From the human T2T-CHM13v2.0 reference genome, Homo sapiens, in assembly GCF_009914755.1 (NCBI RefSeq), contig NC_060925.1: 64,000 nucleotides of DNA; one strand, given 5' to 3'. Under the pieces are notes generated by a model that did no database searches, was not told the DNA's origin, and worked only from the letters and a program-made list of their open reading frames with translations. The position numbers and the translations under genes were made by a program. Shown one piece after another: positions 34,900 through 46,500 of the stretch (position 1 is the stretch's first letter; each line of letters begins with the position of its first letter).

Positions 34900-37800
34900 C
34901 TCAGTAACTTCCTTGTGTTGTGTGTATTCAACTCACAGAGTTGAACGATCCTTTACACAGAGCAGACTTGAAACACTCTTTTTGTGGAATTTGCAAGTGG
35001 AGATTTCAGCCGCTTTGAGGTCAATGGTAGAAAAGGAAATATCTTCGTATAAAGACTAGACAGAATGATTCTCAGAAACTCCTTTGTGATGTGTGCGTTC
35101 AACTCACAGAGTTTAACCTTTCTGTTCATAGAGCAGTTAGGAAACACTCTGTTTGTAAAGTCTGCAAGTGGATATTCAGACCTCCTTGAGGCCTTCGTTG
35201 GAAACGGGATTTCTTCATATTCTGCTAGACAGAAGAATTCTCAGTAACTTCCTTGTGTTGTGTGTATTCAACTCACAGAGTTGAACGATCCTTTACACAG
35301 AGCAGACTTGAAACACTCTTTTTGTGGAATTTGCAAGTGGAGATTTCAGCCGCTTTGAGGTCAATAGTAGAAAAGGAAATATCTTCGTAGAAAAACTAGA
35401 CAGAATGATTCTCAGAAACTCCTTTGTGATGTGTGCGTTCAACTCTCAGAGTTTAACTTTTCTTTTCATAGAGCAGTTAGGAAACACTCTGTTTGTAAAG
35501 TCTGCAAGTGGATATTCAGACCGCTTTGAGGCCTTCGTTGAAAACGGGATTTCTTCATATTATGCTAGACAGAATAATTCTCAGTAACTTCCTTGTGTTG
35601 TGTGTATTCAACTCACAGAGTTGAACGATCCTTTACAGAGAGCAGACTTGAAACACTCTTTTTGTGGAATTTGCAAGTGGAGATTTCAGCCGCTTTGAGG
35701 TCAAAGGTAGAATAGGAAATATCTTCCTATAGAAACTAGACAGAATGATTCTCAGAATCTCCTTTGTGATGTGTGCGTTCAACTCACAGAGTTTAACCTT
35801 TCTTTTCATAGAGCAGTTAGGAAACACTCTGTTTGTAAAGTCTGCAGGTGGATATTCAGACCTCTTTGAGGCCTTCGTTGGAAACGGGAATTCTTCATAT
35901 TCTGCTAGACAGAAGAATTCTCAGTAACTTCCTTGTGTTGTGTGCATTCAACTCACAGAGTTGAACGTTCCCTTAGACAGAGCAGATTTGAAACACTCTA
36001 TTTGTGCAATTTGCAAGTGTAGATTTCAAGCGCTTTAAGGTCAATGGCAGAAAAGGAAATATCTTCGTTTCAAAACTAGACAGAATCATTCCCACAAACT
36101 GCGTTGTGATGTGTTCGTTCAACTCACAGAGTTTAACCTTTCTGTTCATAGAGCAGTTAGGAAACACTCTGTTTGTAAAGTCTGTAAGTGGATATTCTGA
36201 CATCTTGTGGCCTTCGTTGGAAACGGGATTTCTTCATATTCTGCTAGACAGAAGAATTCTCAGTAACTTCCTTGTGTTGTGTGTATTCAACTCACAGAGT
36301 TGAACGATCCTTTACACAGAGCAGACTTGAAACACTCTTTTTGTGGAATTTGCAAGTGGAGATTTCAGCCGCTTTGAGGTCAATGGTAGAAAAGGAAATA
36401 TCTTCGTATAAAGACTAGACAGAATGATTCTCAGAAACTCCTTTGTGATGTGTGCGTTCAACTCACAGAGTTTAACCTTTCTGTTCATAGAGCAGTTAGG
36501 AAACACTCTGTTTGTAAAGTCTGCAAGTGGATATTCAGACCTCCTTGAGGCCTTCGTTGGAAACGGGATTTCTTCATATTCTGCTAGAGATAAGAATTCT
36601 CAGTAACTTCCTTGTGTTGTGTGTATTCAACTCACAGAGTGGAACGATCCTTTACACAGAGCAGACTTGAAACACTCTTTTTGTGGAATTTGCAAGTGGA
36701 GATTTCAGCCGCTTTGGGGTCAGTGGTAGAAAAGGATATATCTTCGTATAAAGACTACACAGAATGATTCTCAGAAACTCCTTTGTGATGTGTGCGTACA
36801 ACTCACAGAGTTTAACTTTTCTTTTCATAGAGCAGTTAGGAAACACTCTGTTTGTAAAGTCTGCAAGTGGATATTCAGACCTCTTTGAGGCCCTCGTTGG
36901 AAACGGGATTTCTTCATATTCTGCTAGACAGAAGAATTCTCAGTAACTTCCTTGTGTTGTGTGTATTCAACTCACAGAGTTGAACGATCCTTTACACAGA
37001 GCAGACTTGAAACACTCTTTTTGTGGAATTTGCAAGTGGAGATTTCAGCCGCTTTGAGGTCAATGGTAGAAAAGGAAATATCTTCGTATAAAGACTAGAC
37101 AGAATGATTCTCAGAAACTCCTTTGTGATGTGTGCGTTCAACTCACAGAGTTTAACCTTTCTGTTCATAGAGCAGTTAGGAAACACTCTGTTTGTAAAGT
37201 CTGCAAGTGGATATTCAGACCTCCTTGAGGCCTTCGTTGGAAACGGGATTTCTTCATATTCTGCTAGACAGAAGAATTCTCAGTAACTTCCTTGTGTTGT
37301 GTGTATTCAACTCACAGAGTGGAACGATCGTTTACACACGGCAGACTTGAAACACTCTTTTTGTGGAATTTGCAAGTGGAGATTTCAGCCGCTTTGAGGT
37401 CAATGGTAGAAAAGGAAATATCTTCGTATAAAGACTAGACAGAATGATTCTCAGAAACTCCTTTGTGATGTGTGCGTTCAACTCACAGAGTTTAACTTTT
37501 CTTTTCATAGAGCAGTTAGGAAACACTCTGTTTGTAAAGTCTGCAAGTGGATATTCAGACCGCTTTGAGGCCTTCGTTGAAAACGGGATTTCTTCATATT
37601 ATGCTAGACAGAATAATTCTCAGTAACTTCCTTGTGTTGTGTGTATTCAACTCACAGAGTTGAACGATCCTTTACAAAGAGCAGACTTGAAACACTCTTT
37701 TTGTGGAATTTGCAAGTGGAGATTTCAGCCGCTTTGAGGTCAAAGGTAGAATAGGAAATATCTTCCTATAGAAACTAGACAGAATGATTCTCAGAATCTC

Positions 37801-39000
37801 CTTTGTGATGTGTGCGTTCAACTCACAGAGTTTAACCTTTCTTTTCATAGAGCAGTTAGGAAACACTCTGTTTGTAAAGTCTGCAAGTGGATATTCAGAC
37901 CTCTATGAGGCCTTCGTTGGAAACGGGAATTCTTCATATTCTGCTAGACAGAAGAATTCTCAGTAACTTCCTTGTGTTGTGTGCATTCAACTCACAGAGT
38001 TGAACGTTCCCTTAGACAGAGCAGATTTGAAACACTCTATTTGTGCAATTTGCAAGTGTAGATTTCAAGCGCTTTAAGGTCAATGGCAGAAAAGGAAATA
38101 TCTTCGTTTCAAAACTAGACAGAATCATTCCCACAAACTGCGTTGTGATGTGTTCGTTCAACTCACAGAGTTTAACCTTTCTCTTCATAGAGCAGTTAGG
38201 AAACACTCTGTTTGTAAAGTCTGTAAGTGGATATTCTGACATCTTGTGGCCTTCGTTGGAAACGGGATTTCTTCATATTCTGCTAGACAGAAGAATTCTC
38301 AGTAACTTCCTTGTGTTGTGTGTATTCAACTCACAGAGTTGAACGATCCTTTACACAGAGCAGACTTGAAACACTCTTTTTGTGGAATTTGCAAGTGGAG
38401 ATTTCAGCCGCTTTGAGGTCAATGGTAGAAAAGGAAATATCTTCGTATAAAGACTAGACAGAATGATTCTCAGAAACTCCTTTGTGATGTGTGCGTTCAA
38501 CTCACAGAGTTTAACCTTTCTGTTCATAGAGCAGTTAGGAAACACTCTGTTTGTAAAGTCTGCAAGTGGATATTCAGACCTCCTTGAGGCCTTCGTTGGA
38601 AACGGGATTTCTTCATATTCTGCTAGACAGAAGAATTCTCAGTAACTTCCTTGTGTTGTGTGTATTCAACTCACAGAGTTGAACGATCCTTTACACAGAG
38701 CAGACTTGAAACACTCTTTTTGTGGAATTTGCAAGTGGAGATTTCAGCCGCTTTGGGGTCAGTGGTAGAAAAGGATATATCTTCGTATAAAGACTACACA
38801 GAATGATTCTCAGAAACTCCTTTGTGATGTGTGCGTACAACTCACAGAGTTTAACTTTTCTTTTCATAGAGCAGTTAGGAAACACTCTGTTTGTAAAGTC
38901 TGCAAGTGGATATTCAGACCTCTTTGAGGCCTTCGTTGGAAACGGGATTTCTTCATATTCTGCTAGACAGAAGAATTCTCAGTAACTTCCTTGTGTTGTG
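34900..39000 (+). repeat. Imperfect tandem duplication, period 2039 bp (6 dimers)
   Basis: ORF pairs 34953/36992, 35633/37672, 35973/38012, 36312/38351, 36652/38691. Markers: CAGAATCTCC, AAACGGGAATTC, GGGGTCAGTGG...GACTACAC. Confidence 0.88.
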
Positions 39001-40329
39001 TGTATTCAACTCACAGAGTTGAACGATCCTTTACACAGAGCAGACTTGAAACACTCTTTTTGTGGAATTTGCAAGTGGAGATTTCAGCCGCTTTGAGGTC
39101 AATGGTAGAATAGGAAATATCTTCCTATAGAAACTAGACAGAATGATTCTCATAATCTCCTTTGTGATGTGTCCGTTCAACTCACAGAGTTTAACCTTCC
39201 TTTTCATAGAGCAGTTAGGAAACACTCTGTTTGTAAAGTCTGCAAGTGGATATTCAGACCTCCTTGAGGCCTTCGTTGGAAACGGGATTTCTTCATATTC
39301 TGCTAGACAGAAGAATTCTCAGTAACTTCCTTGTGTTGTGTTTATTCAACTCACAGAGTTGAACGATCCTTTACACAGAGCAGACTTGAAACACTCTTTT
39401 TGTGGAATTTGCAAGTGGAGATTTCAGCCGCTTTGAGGTCAATGGTAGAAAAGGAAACTATCTTCGTATAAAGACTAGACAGAATGATTCTCAGAAAATC
39501 CTTTGTGATGTGTGCGTTCAACTCACAGAGTTTAACTTTTCTTTTCATAGAGCAGTTAGGAAACACTCTGTTTGTAAAGTCTGCAAGTGGATATTCAGAC
39601 CTCTTTGAGGCCTTCGTTGGAAAAGAGATTTCTTCATATTATGCTAGACAGAAGAATTCTCAGTAACTTCCTTGTGTTGTGTGTATTCAACTCACAGAGT
39701 TGAACTATCCTTTACAGAGAGCAGACTTGAAACACTCTTTTTGTGGAATTTGCAAGTGGAGATTTCAGCCGCTTTGAGGTCAATGGTAGAATAGGAAATA
39801 TCTTCCTATAGAAACTAGACAGAATGATTCTCAGAAACTCCTTTGTGATGTGTGCGTTCAACTCACAGAGTTTAACCTTTCTTTTCATAGAGCAGTTAGG
39901 AAACACTCTGTTTGTAATGTCTGCAAGTGGATATTCAGACCTCTTTGAGGCCTTCGTTGGAATCTGTATTTCTTCATATTCTGCTACACAGAAGAATTCT
40001 CAGTAACTTCCTTGTGTTGTGTGTATTCAACTCACAGAGTTGAACGATCCTTTACACAGAGCAGACTTGAAACACTCTTTTTGTAGAATTTCCAAGTGGA
40101 GATTTCAGCCGCTTTGAGGTCAATAGTGGAAAAGGAAATATCTTCGTAGAAAAACTAGACAGAATTATTCTCAGAAACTCCTTTGTGATGTGTGTGTTCA
40201 ACTCACAGAGTTTAACCTTTCTTTTCATAGAGCAGTTAGTAAACACTCTGTTTATAAAGTCTGCAAGTGGATATTCAGACCCCTTTGAGGCCTTCGTTGG
40301 AAAAGGGTTTTCTTCATATTATGCTAGAC

Positions 40330-43300
40330 AGAAGAATTCTCAGTAACTTCCTTGTGTTGTGTGTATTCAACTCACAGAGTTGAACGATCCTTTACAGAGA
40401 GCAGACTTGAAACACTCTTTTTGTGGAATTTGCAAGTGGAGATTTCAGCCGCTTTGAGGTCAATGGTAGAATAGGAAATATCTTCCTATAGAAACTAGAC
40501 AGAATGATTCTCATAAACTCCTTTGTGATGTGTGCGTTCAACTCACAGAGTTTAACCTTTCTTTTCATACAGCAGTTAGGAAACACTCTGTTTGTAAAGT
40601 CTGCAAGTGGATATTCAGACCTCTTTGAGGCCTTCGTGGGAAACGGGATTTCTTCATATTCTGCTAGACAGAAGAATACTCAGTAACTTCCTTGTGTTGT
40701 GTGTATTCAACTGACAGAGTTGAACTTTCATTTAGAGAGAGCAGATTTGAAACACTGTTTTTGTGGAATTTGCAAGTGGAGATTTCAAGCGCTTTGGGGC
40801 CAAAGACAGAAAAGGAAATATCTTCGTATAAAAACTAGACAGAATCATTCTCAGAAACTGCTGCGTGATGTGTGCGTTCAACTCTCAGAGTTTAACTTTT
40901 CTTTTCATTCAGCCGTTTGGAAACACTCTGTTTGTAAAGTCTGCACGTGGATATTTTGACCACTTAGAGGCCTTCGTTGGAAACGGGTTTTTTGCATGTA
41001 AGGCTAAACAGAAGAATTCCCAGTAACTTCCTTGTGTTGTGTGCATTCAACTCACAGAGTTGAACGTTCACTTAGACAGAGCAGATTTGAAACACTCTAT
41101 TTGTGCAATTTGCAAGTGTAGATTTCAAGCGCTTTAAGGTCAATGGCAGAAAAGGAAATATCTTCGTTTCAAAACTAGACAGAATCATTCCCACAAACTG
41201 CGTTGTGATGTGTTCGTTCAACTCACAGAGTTTAACCTTTCTGTTCATGGAGCAGTTAGGAAACACTCTGTTTGTAAAGTCTGTAAGTGGATATTCTGAC
41301 ATCTTGTGGCCTTCGTTGGAAACGGGATTTCTTCATATTCTGCTAGACGGAAGAATTCTCAGTAACTTCCTTGTGTTGTGTGTATTCAACTCACAGAGTT
41401 GAACGATCCTTTACACAGAGCAGACTTGAAACACTCTTTTTGTGGAATTTGCAAGTGGAGATTTCAGCCGCTTTGAGGTCAATGGTAGAAAAGTAAATAT
41501 CTTCGTATAAAAACTAGACAGAATGATTCTCAGAAACTCCTTTGTGATGTGTGCGTTCAACTCACAGAGTTTAACTTTTCTTTTCATAGAGCAGTTAGGA
41601 AACACTCTGTTTGTAAAGTCTGCAAGTGGATATTCAGACCTCTTTGAGGCCTTCGTTGGAAACGGGATTTCTTCATATTATGCTAGACAGAATAATTCTC
41701 AGTAACTTCCTTGTGTTGTGTGTATTCAACTGACAGAGTTGAACTTTCATTTAGAGAGAGCAGATTTGAAACACTGTTTTTGTGGAATTTGCAAGTGTAG
41801 ATTTCAAGCGCTTTGGGGCCAAAGGCAGAAAAGGAAATATCTACGTATAAAAACTAGACAGAATCATTCTCAGAAACTGCTGCGTGATGTGTGCGTTCAA
41901 CTCTCAGAGTTTAACTTTTCTTTTCATTCAGCGGTTTGGAAACACTCTGTTTGTAAAGTCTGCACGTGGATATTTTGACCACTTAGAGGCCGTCGTTGGA
42001 AACGGTTTTTTTGCATGTAAGGCTAGACAGAAGAATTCCCAGTAACTTCCTTGTGTTGTGTGCATTCAACTCACAGAGTTGAACGTTCCCTTAGACAGAG
42101 CAGATTTGAAACACTCTATTTGTGCAATTTGCAAGTGTAGATTTCAAGCGCTTTAAGGTCAATGGCAGAAAAGGAAATATCTTCGTTTCAAAACTAGACA
42201 GAATCATTCCCACAAACTGCGTTGTGATGTGTTCGTTCAACTCACAGAGTTTAACCTTTCTGTTCATAGAGCAGTTAGGAAACACTCTGTTTGTAAAGTC
42301 TGCAAGTGGATATTCAGACCTCCTTGAGGCCTTCGTTGGAAACGGGATTTCTTCATATTCTGCTAGACAGAAGAATTCTCAGTAACTTCCTTGTGTTGTG
42401 TGTATTCAACTCACAGAGTGGAACGATCGTTTACACAGGGGCAGACTTGAAACACTCTTTTTGTGGAATTTGCAAGTGGAGATTTCAGCCGCTTTGAGGT
42501 CAATGGTAGAAAAGGAAATATCTTCGTATAAAGACTAGACAGAATGATTCTCAGAAACTCCTTTGTGATGTGAGCGTTCAACTCACAGAGTTTAACTTTT
42601 CTTTTCATAGAGCAGTTAGGAAACACTCTGTTTGTAAAGTCTGCAAGTGGATATTCAGACCGCTTTGAGGCCTTCGTTGAAAACGGGATTTCTTCATATT
42701 ATGCTAGACAGAATAATTCTCAGTAACTTCCTTGTGTTGTGTGTATTCAACTCACAGAGTTGAACGATCCTTTACAGAGAGCAGACTTGAAACACTCTTT
42801 TTGTGGAATTTGCAAGTGGAGATTTCAAGCGCTTTGAGGTCAAAGGTAGAATAGGAAATATCTTCCTATAGAAACTAGACAGAATGATTCTCAGAAACTC
42901 CTTTGTGATGTGTGCGTTCAACTCACAGAGTTTAACCTTTCTTTTCATAGAGCAGTTAGGAAACACTTTGTTTGTAAAGTCTGCAAGTGGATATTCAGAC
43001 CTCTTTGAGGCCTTCGTTGGAAACGGGATTTCTTCATATTCTGCTAGACAGAAGAATTCTCAGTAACTTCCTTGTGTTGTGTGCATTCAACTCACAGAGT
43101 TGAACGTTCCCTTAGACAGAGCAGATTTGAAACACTCTATTTGTGCAATTTGCAAGTGTAGATTTCAAGCGCTTTAAGGTCAATGGCAGAAAAGGAAATA
43201 TCTTCGTTTCAAAACTAGACAGAATCATTCCCACAAACTGCGTTGTGATGTGTTCGTTCAACTCACAGAGTTTAACCTTTCTGTTCATAGAGCAGTTAGG

Positions 43301-46300
43301 AAACACTCTGTTTGTAAAGTCTGTAAGTGGATATTCTGACATCTTGTGGCCTTCGTTGGAAACGGGATTTCTTCATATTCTGCTAGACAGAAGAATTCTC
43401 AGTAACTTCCTTGTGTTGTGTGTATTCAACTCACAGAGTTGAACGATCCTTTACAGAGAGCAGACTTGAAACACTCTTTTTGTGGAATTTGCAAGTGGAG
43501 ATTTCAGCCGCTTTGAGGTCAATGGTAGAATAGGAAATATCTTCCTATAGAAACTAGACAGAATGATTCTCATAAACTCCTTTGTGATGTGTGCGTTCAA
43601 CTCACAGAGTTTAACCTTTCTTTTCATACAGCAGTTAGGAAACACTCTGTTTGTAAAGTCTGCAAGTGGATATTCAGACCTCTTTGAGGCCTTCGTGGGA
43701 AACGGGATTTCTTCATATTCTGCTAGACAGAAGAATTCTCAGTAACTTCCTTGTGTTGTGTGTATTCAACTGACAGAGTTGAACTTTCATTTAGAGAGAG
43801 CAGATTTGAAACACTGTTTTTGTGGAATTTGCAAGTGGAGATTTCAAGCGCTTTGGGGCCAAAGACAGAAAAGGAAATATCTTCGTATAAAAACTAGACA
43901 GAATCATTCTCAGAAACTGCTGCGTGATGTGTGCGTTCAACTCTCAGAGTTTAACTTTTCTTTTCATTCAGCCGTTTGGAAACACTCTGTTTGTAAAGTC
44001 TGCACGTGGATATTTTGACCACTTAGAGGCCTTCGTTGGAAACGGGTTTTTTGCATGTAAGGCTAAACAGAAGAATTCCCAGTAACTTCCTTGTGTTGTG
44101 TGCATTCAACTCACAGAGTTGAACGTTCACTTAGACAGAGCAGATTTGAAACACTCTATTTGTGCAATTTGCAAGTGTAGATTTCAAGCGCTTTAAGGTC
44201 AATGGCAGAAAAGGAAATATCTTCGTTTCAAAACTAGACAGAATCATTCCCACAAACTGCGTTGTGATGTCTTCGTTCAACTCACAGAGTTTAACCTTTC
44301 TGTTCATGGAGCAGTTAGGAAACACTCTGTTTGTAAAGTCTGTAAGTGGATATTCTGACATCTTGTGGCCTTCGTTGGAAACGGGATTTCTTCATATTCT
44401 GCTAGACGGAAGAATTCTCAGTAACTTCCTTGTGTTGTGTGTATTCAACTCACAGAGTTGAACGATCCTTTACACAGAGCAGACTTGAAACACTCTTTTT
44501 GTGGAATTTGCAAGTGGAGATTTCAGCCGCTTTGAGGTCAATGGTAGAAAAGTAAATATCTTCGTATAAAAACTAGACAGAATGATTCTCAGAAACTCCT
44601 TTGTGATGTGTGCGTTCAACTCACAGAGTTTAACTTTTCTTTTCATAGAGCAGTTAGGAAACACTCTGTTTGTAAAGTCTGCAAGTGGATATTCAGACCT
44701 CTTTGAGGCCTTCGTTGGAAACGGGATTTCTTCATATTATGCTAGACAGAATAATTCTCAGTAACTTCCTTGTGTTGTGTGTATTCAACTGACAGAGTTG
44801 AACTTTCATTTAGAGAGAGCAGATTTGAAACACTGTTTTTGTGGAATTTGCAAGTGTAGATTTCAAGCGCTTTGGGGCCAAAGGCAGAAAAGGAAATATC
44901 TACGTATAAAAACTAGACAGAATCATTCTCAGAAACTGCTGCGTGATGTGTGCGTTCAACTCTCAGAGTTTAACTTTTCTTTTCATTCAGCGGTTTGGAA
45001 ACACTCTGTTTGTAAAGTCTGCACGTGGATATTTTGACCACTTAGAGGCCGTCGTTGGAAACGGTTTTTTTGCATGTAAGGCTAGACAGAAGAATTCCCA
45101 GTAACTTCCTTGTGTTGTGTGCATTCAACTCACAGAGTTGAACGTTCCCTTAGACAGAGCAGATTTGAAACACTCTATTTGTGCAATTTGCAAGTGTAGA
45201 TTTCAAGCGCTTTAAGGTCAATGGCAGAAAAGGAAATATCTTCGTTTCAAAACTAGACAGAATCATTCCCACAAACTGCGTTGTGATGTGTTCGTTCAAC
45301 TCACAGAGTTTAACCTTTCTGTTCATAGAGCAGTTAGGAAACACTCTGTTTGTAAAGTCTGCAAGTGGATATTCAGACCTCCTTGAGGCCTTCGTTGGAA
45401 ACGGGATTTCTTCATATTCTGCTAGACAGAAGAATTCTCAGTAACTTCCTTGTGTTGTGTGTATTCAACTCACAGAGTGGAACGATCGTTTACACAGGGG
45501 CAGACTTGAAACACTCTTTTTGTGGAATTTGCAAGTGGAGATTTCAGCCGCTTTGAGGTCAATGGTAGAAAAGGAAATATCTTCGTATAAAGACTAGACA
45601 GAATGATTCTCAGAAACTCCTTTGTGATGTGAGCGTTCAACTCACAGAGTTTAACTTTTCTTTTCATAGAGCAGTTAGGAAACACTCTGTTTGTAAAGTC
45701 TGCAAGTGGATATTCAGACCGCTTTGAGGCCTTCGTTGAAAACGGGATTTCTTCATATTATGCTAGACAGAATAATTCTCAGTAACTTCCTTGTGTTGTG
45801 TGTATTCAACTCACAGAGTTGAACGATCCTTTACAGAGAGCAGACTTGAAACACTCTTTTTGTGGAATTTGCAAGTGGAGATTTCAGCCGCTTTGAGGTC
45901 AAAGGTAGAATAGGAAATATCTTCCTATAGAAACTAGACAGAATGATTCTCAGAAACTCCTTTGTGATGTGTGCGTTCAACTCACAGAGTTTAACCTTTC
46001 TTTTCATAGAGCAGTTAGGAAACACTTTGTTTGTAAAGTCTGCAAGTGGATATTCAGACCTCTTTGAGGCCTTCGTTGGAAACGGGATTTCTTCATATTC
46101 TGCTAGACAGAAGAATTCTCAGTAACTTCCTTGTGTTGTGTGCATTCAACTCACAGAGTTGAACGTTCCCTTAGACAGAGCAGATTTGAAACACTCTATT
46201 TGTGCAATTTGCAAGTGTAGATTTCAAGCGCTTTAAGGTCAATGGCAGAAAAGGAAATATCTTCGTTTCAAAACTAGACAGAATCATTCCCACAAACTGC

Positions 46301-46500
46301 GTTGTGATGTGTTCGTTCAACTCACAGAGTTTAACCTTTCTGTTCATAGAGCAGTTAGGAAACACTCTGTTTGTAAAGTCTGTAAGTGGATATTCTGACA
46401 TCTTGTGGCCTTCGTTGGAAACGGGATTTCTTCATATTCTGCTAGACAGAAGAATTCTCAGTAACTTCCTTGTGTTGTGTGTATTCAACTCACAGAGTTG
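40330..46500 (+). repeat. Tandem duplication, period 3059 bp (9 dimers, 18 monomers)
   Basis: Nine consecutive ORF pairs offset by 3059 (40392/43451 through 43112/46171). Markers: CTTCGTGGGA, GTTCACTTAG, CTACGTATAA, CCGTCGTTGGAAACGGTT, ACACAGGGGCAG. Confidence 0.93.
43734..44752 (+). repeat. Example of the minimal 6-monomer higher-order repeat (X-Y-D, 1019 bp)
   Basis: X dimer (AACTTTCATTTAGAGAG, GGGGCCAAAG, GCACGTGG...GACCACTTAG), then Y dimer (TTAGACAGAGCAGATTT, CATTCCCACAAACTGCG, GACATCTTGTGG), then D. X-to-X spacing is 1019 bp at 40699>41718 and 43758>44777. Confidence 0.85.
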
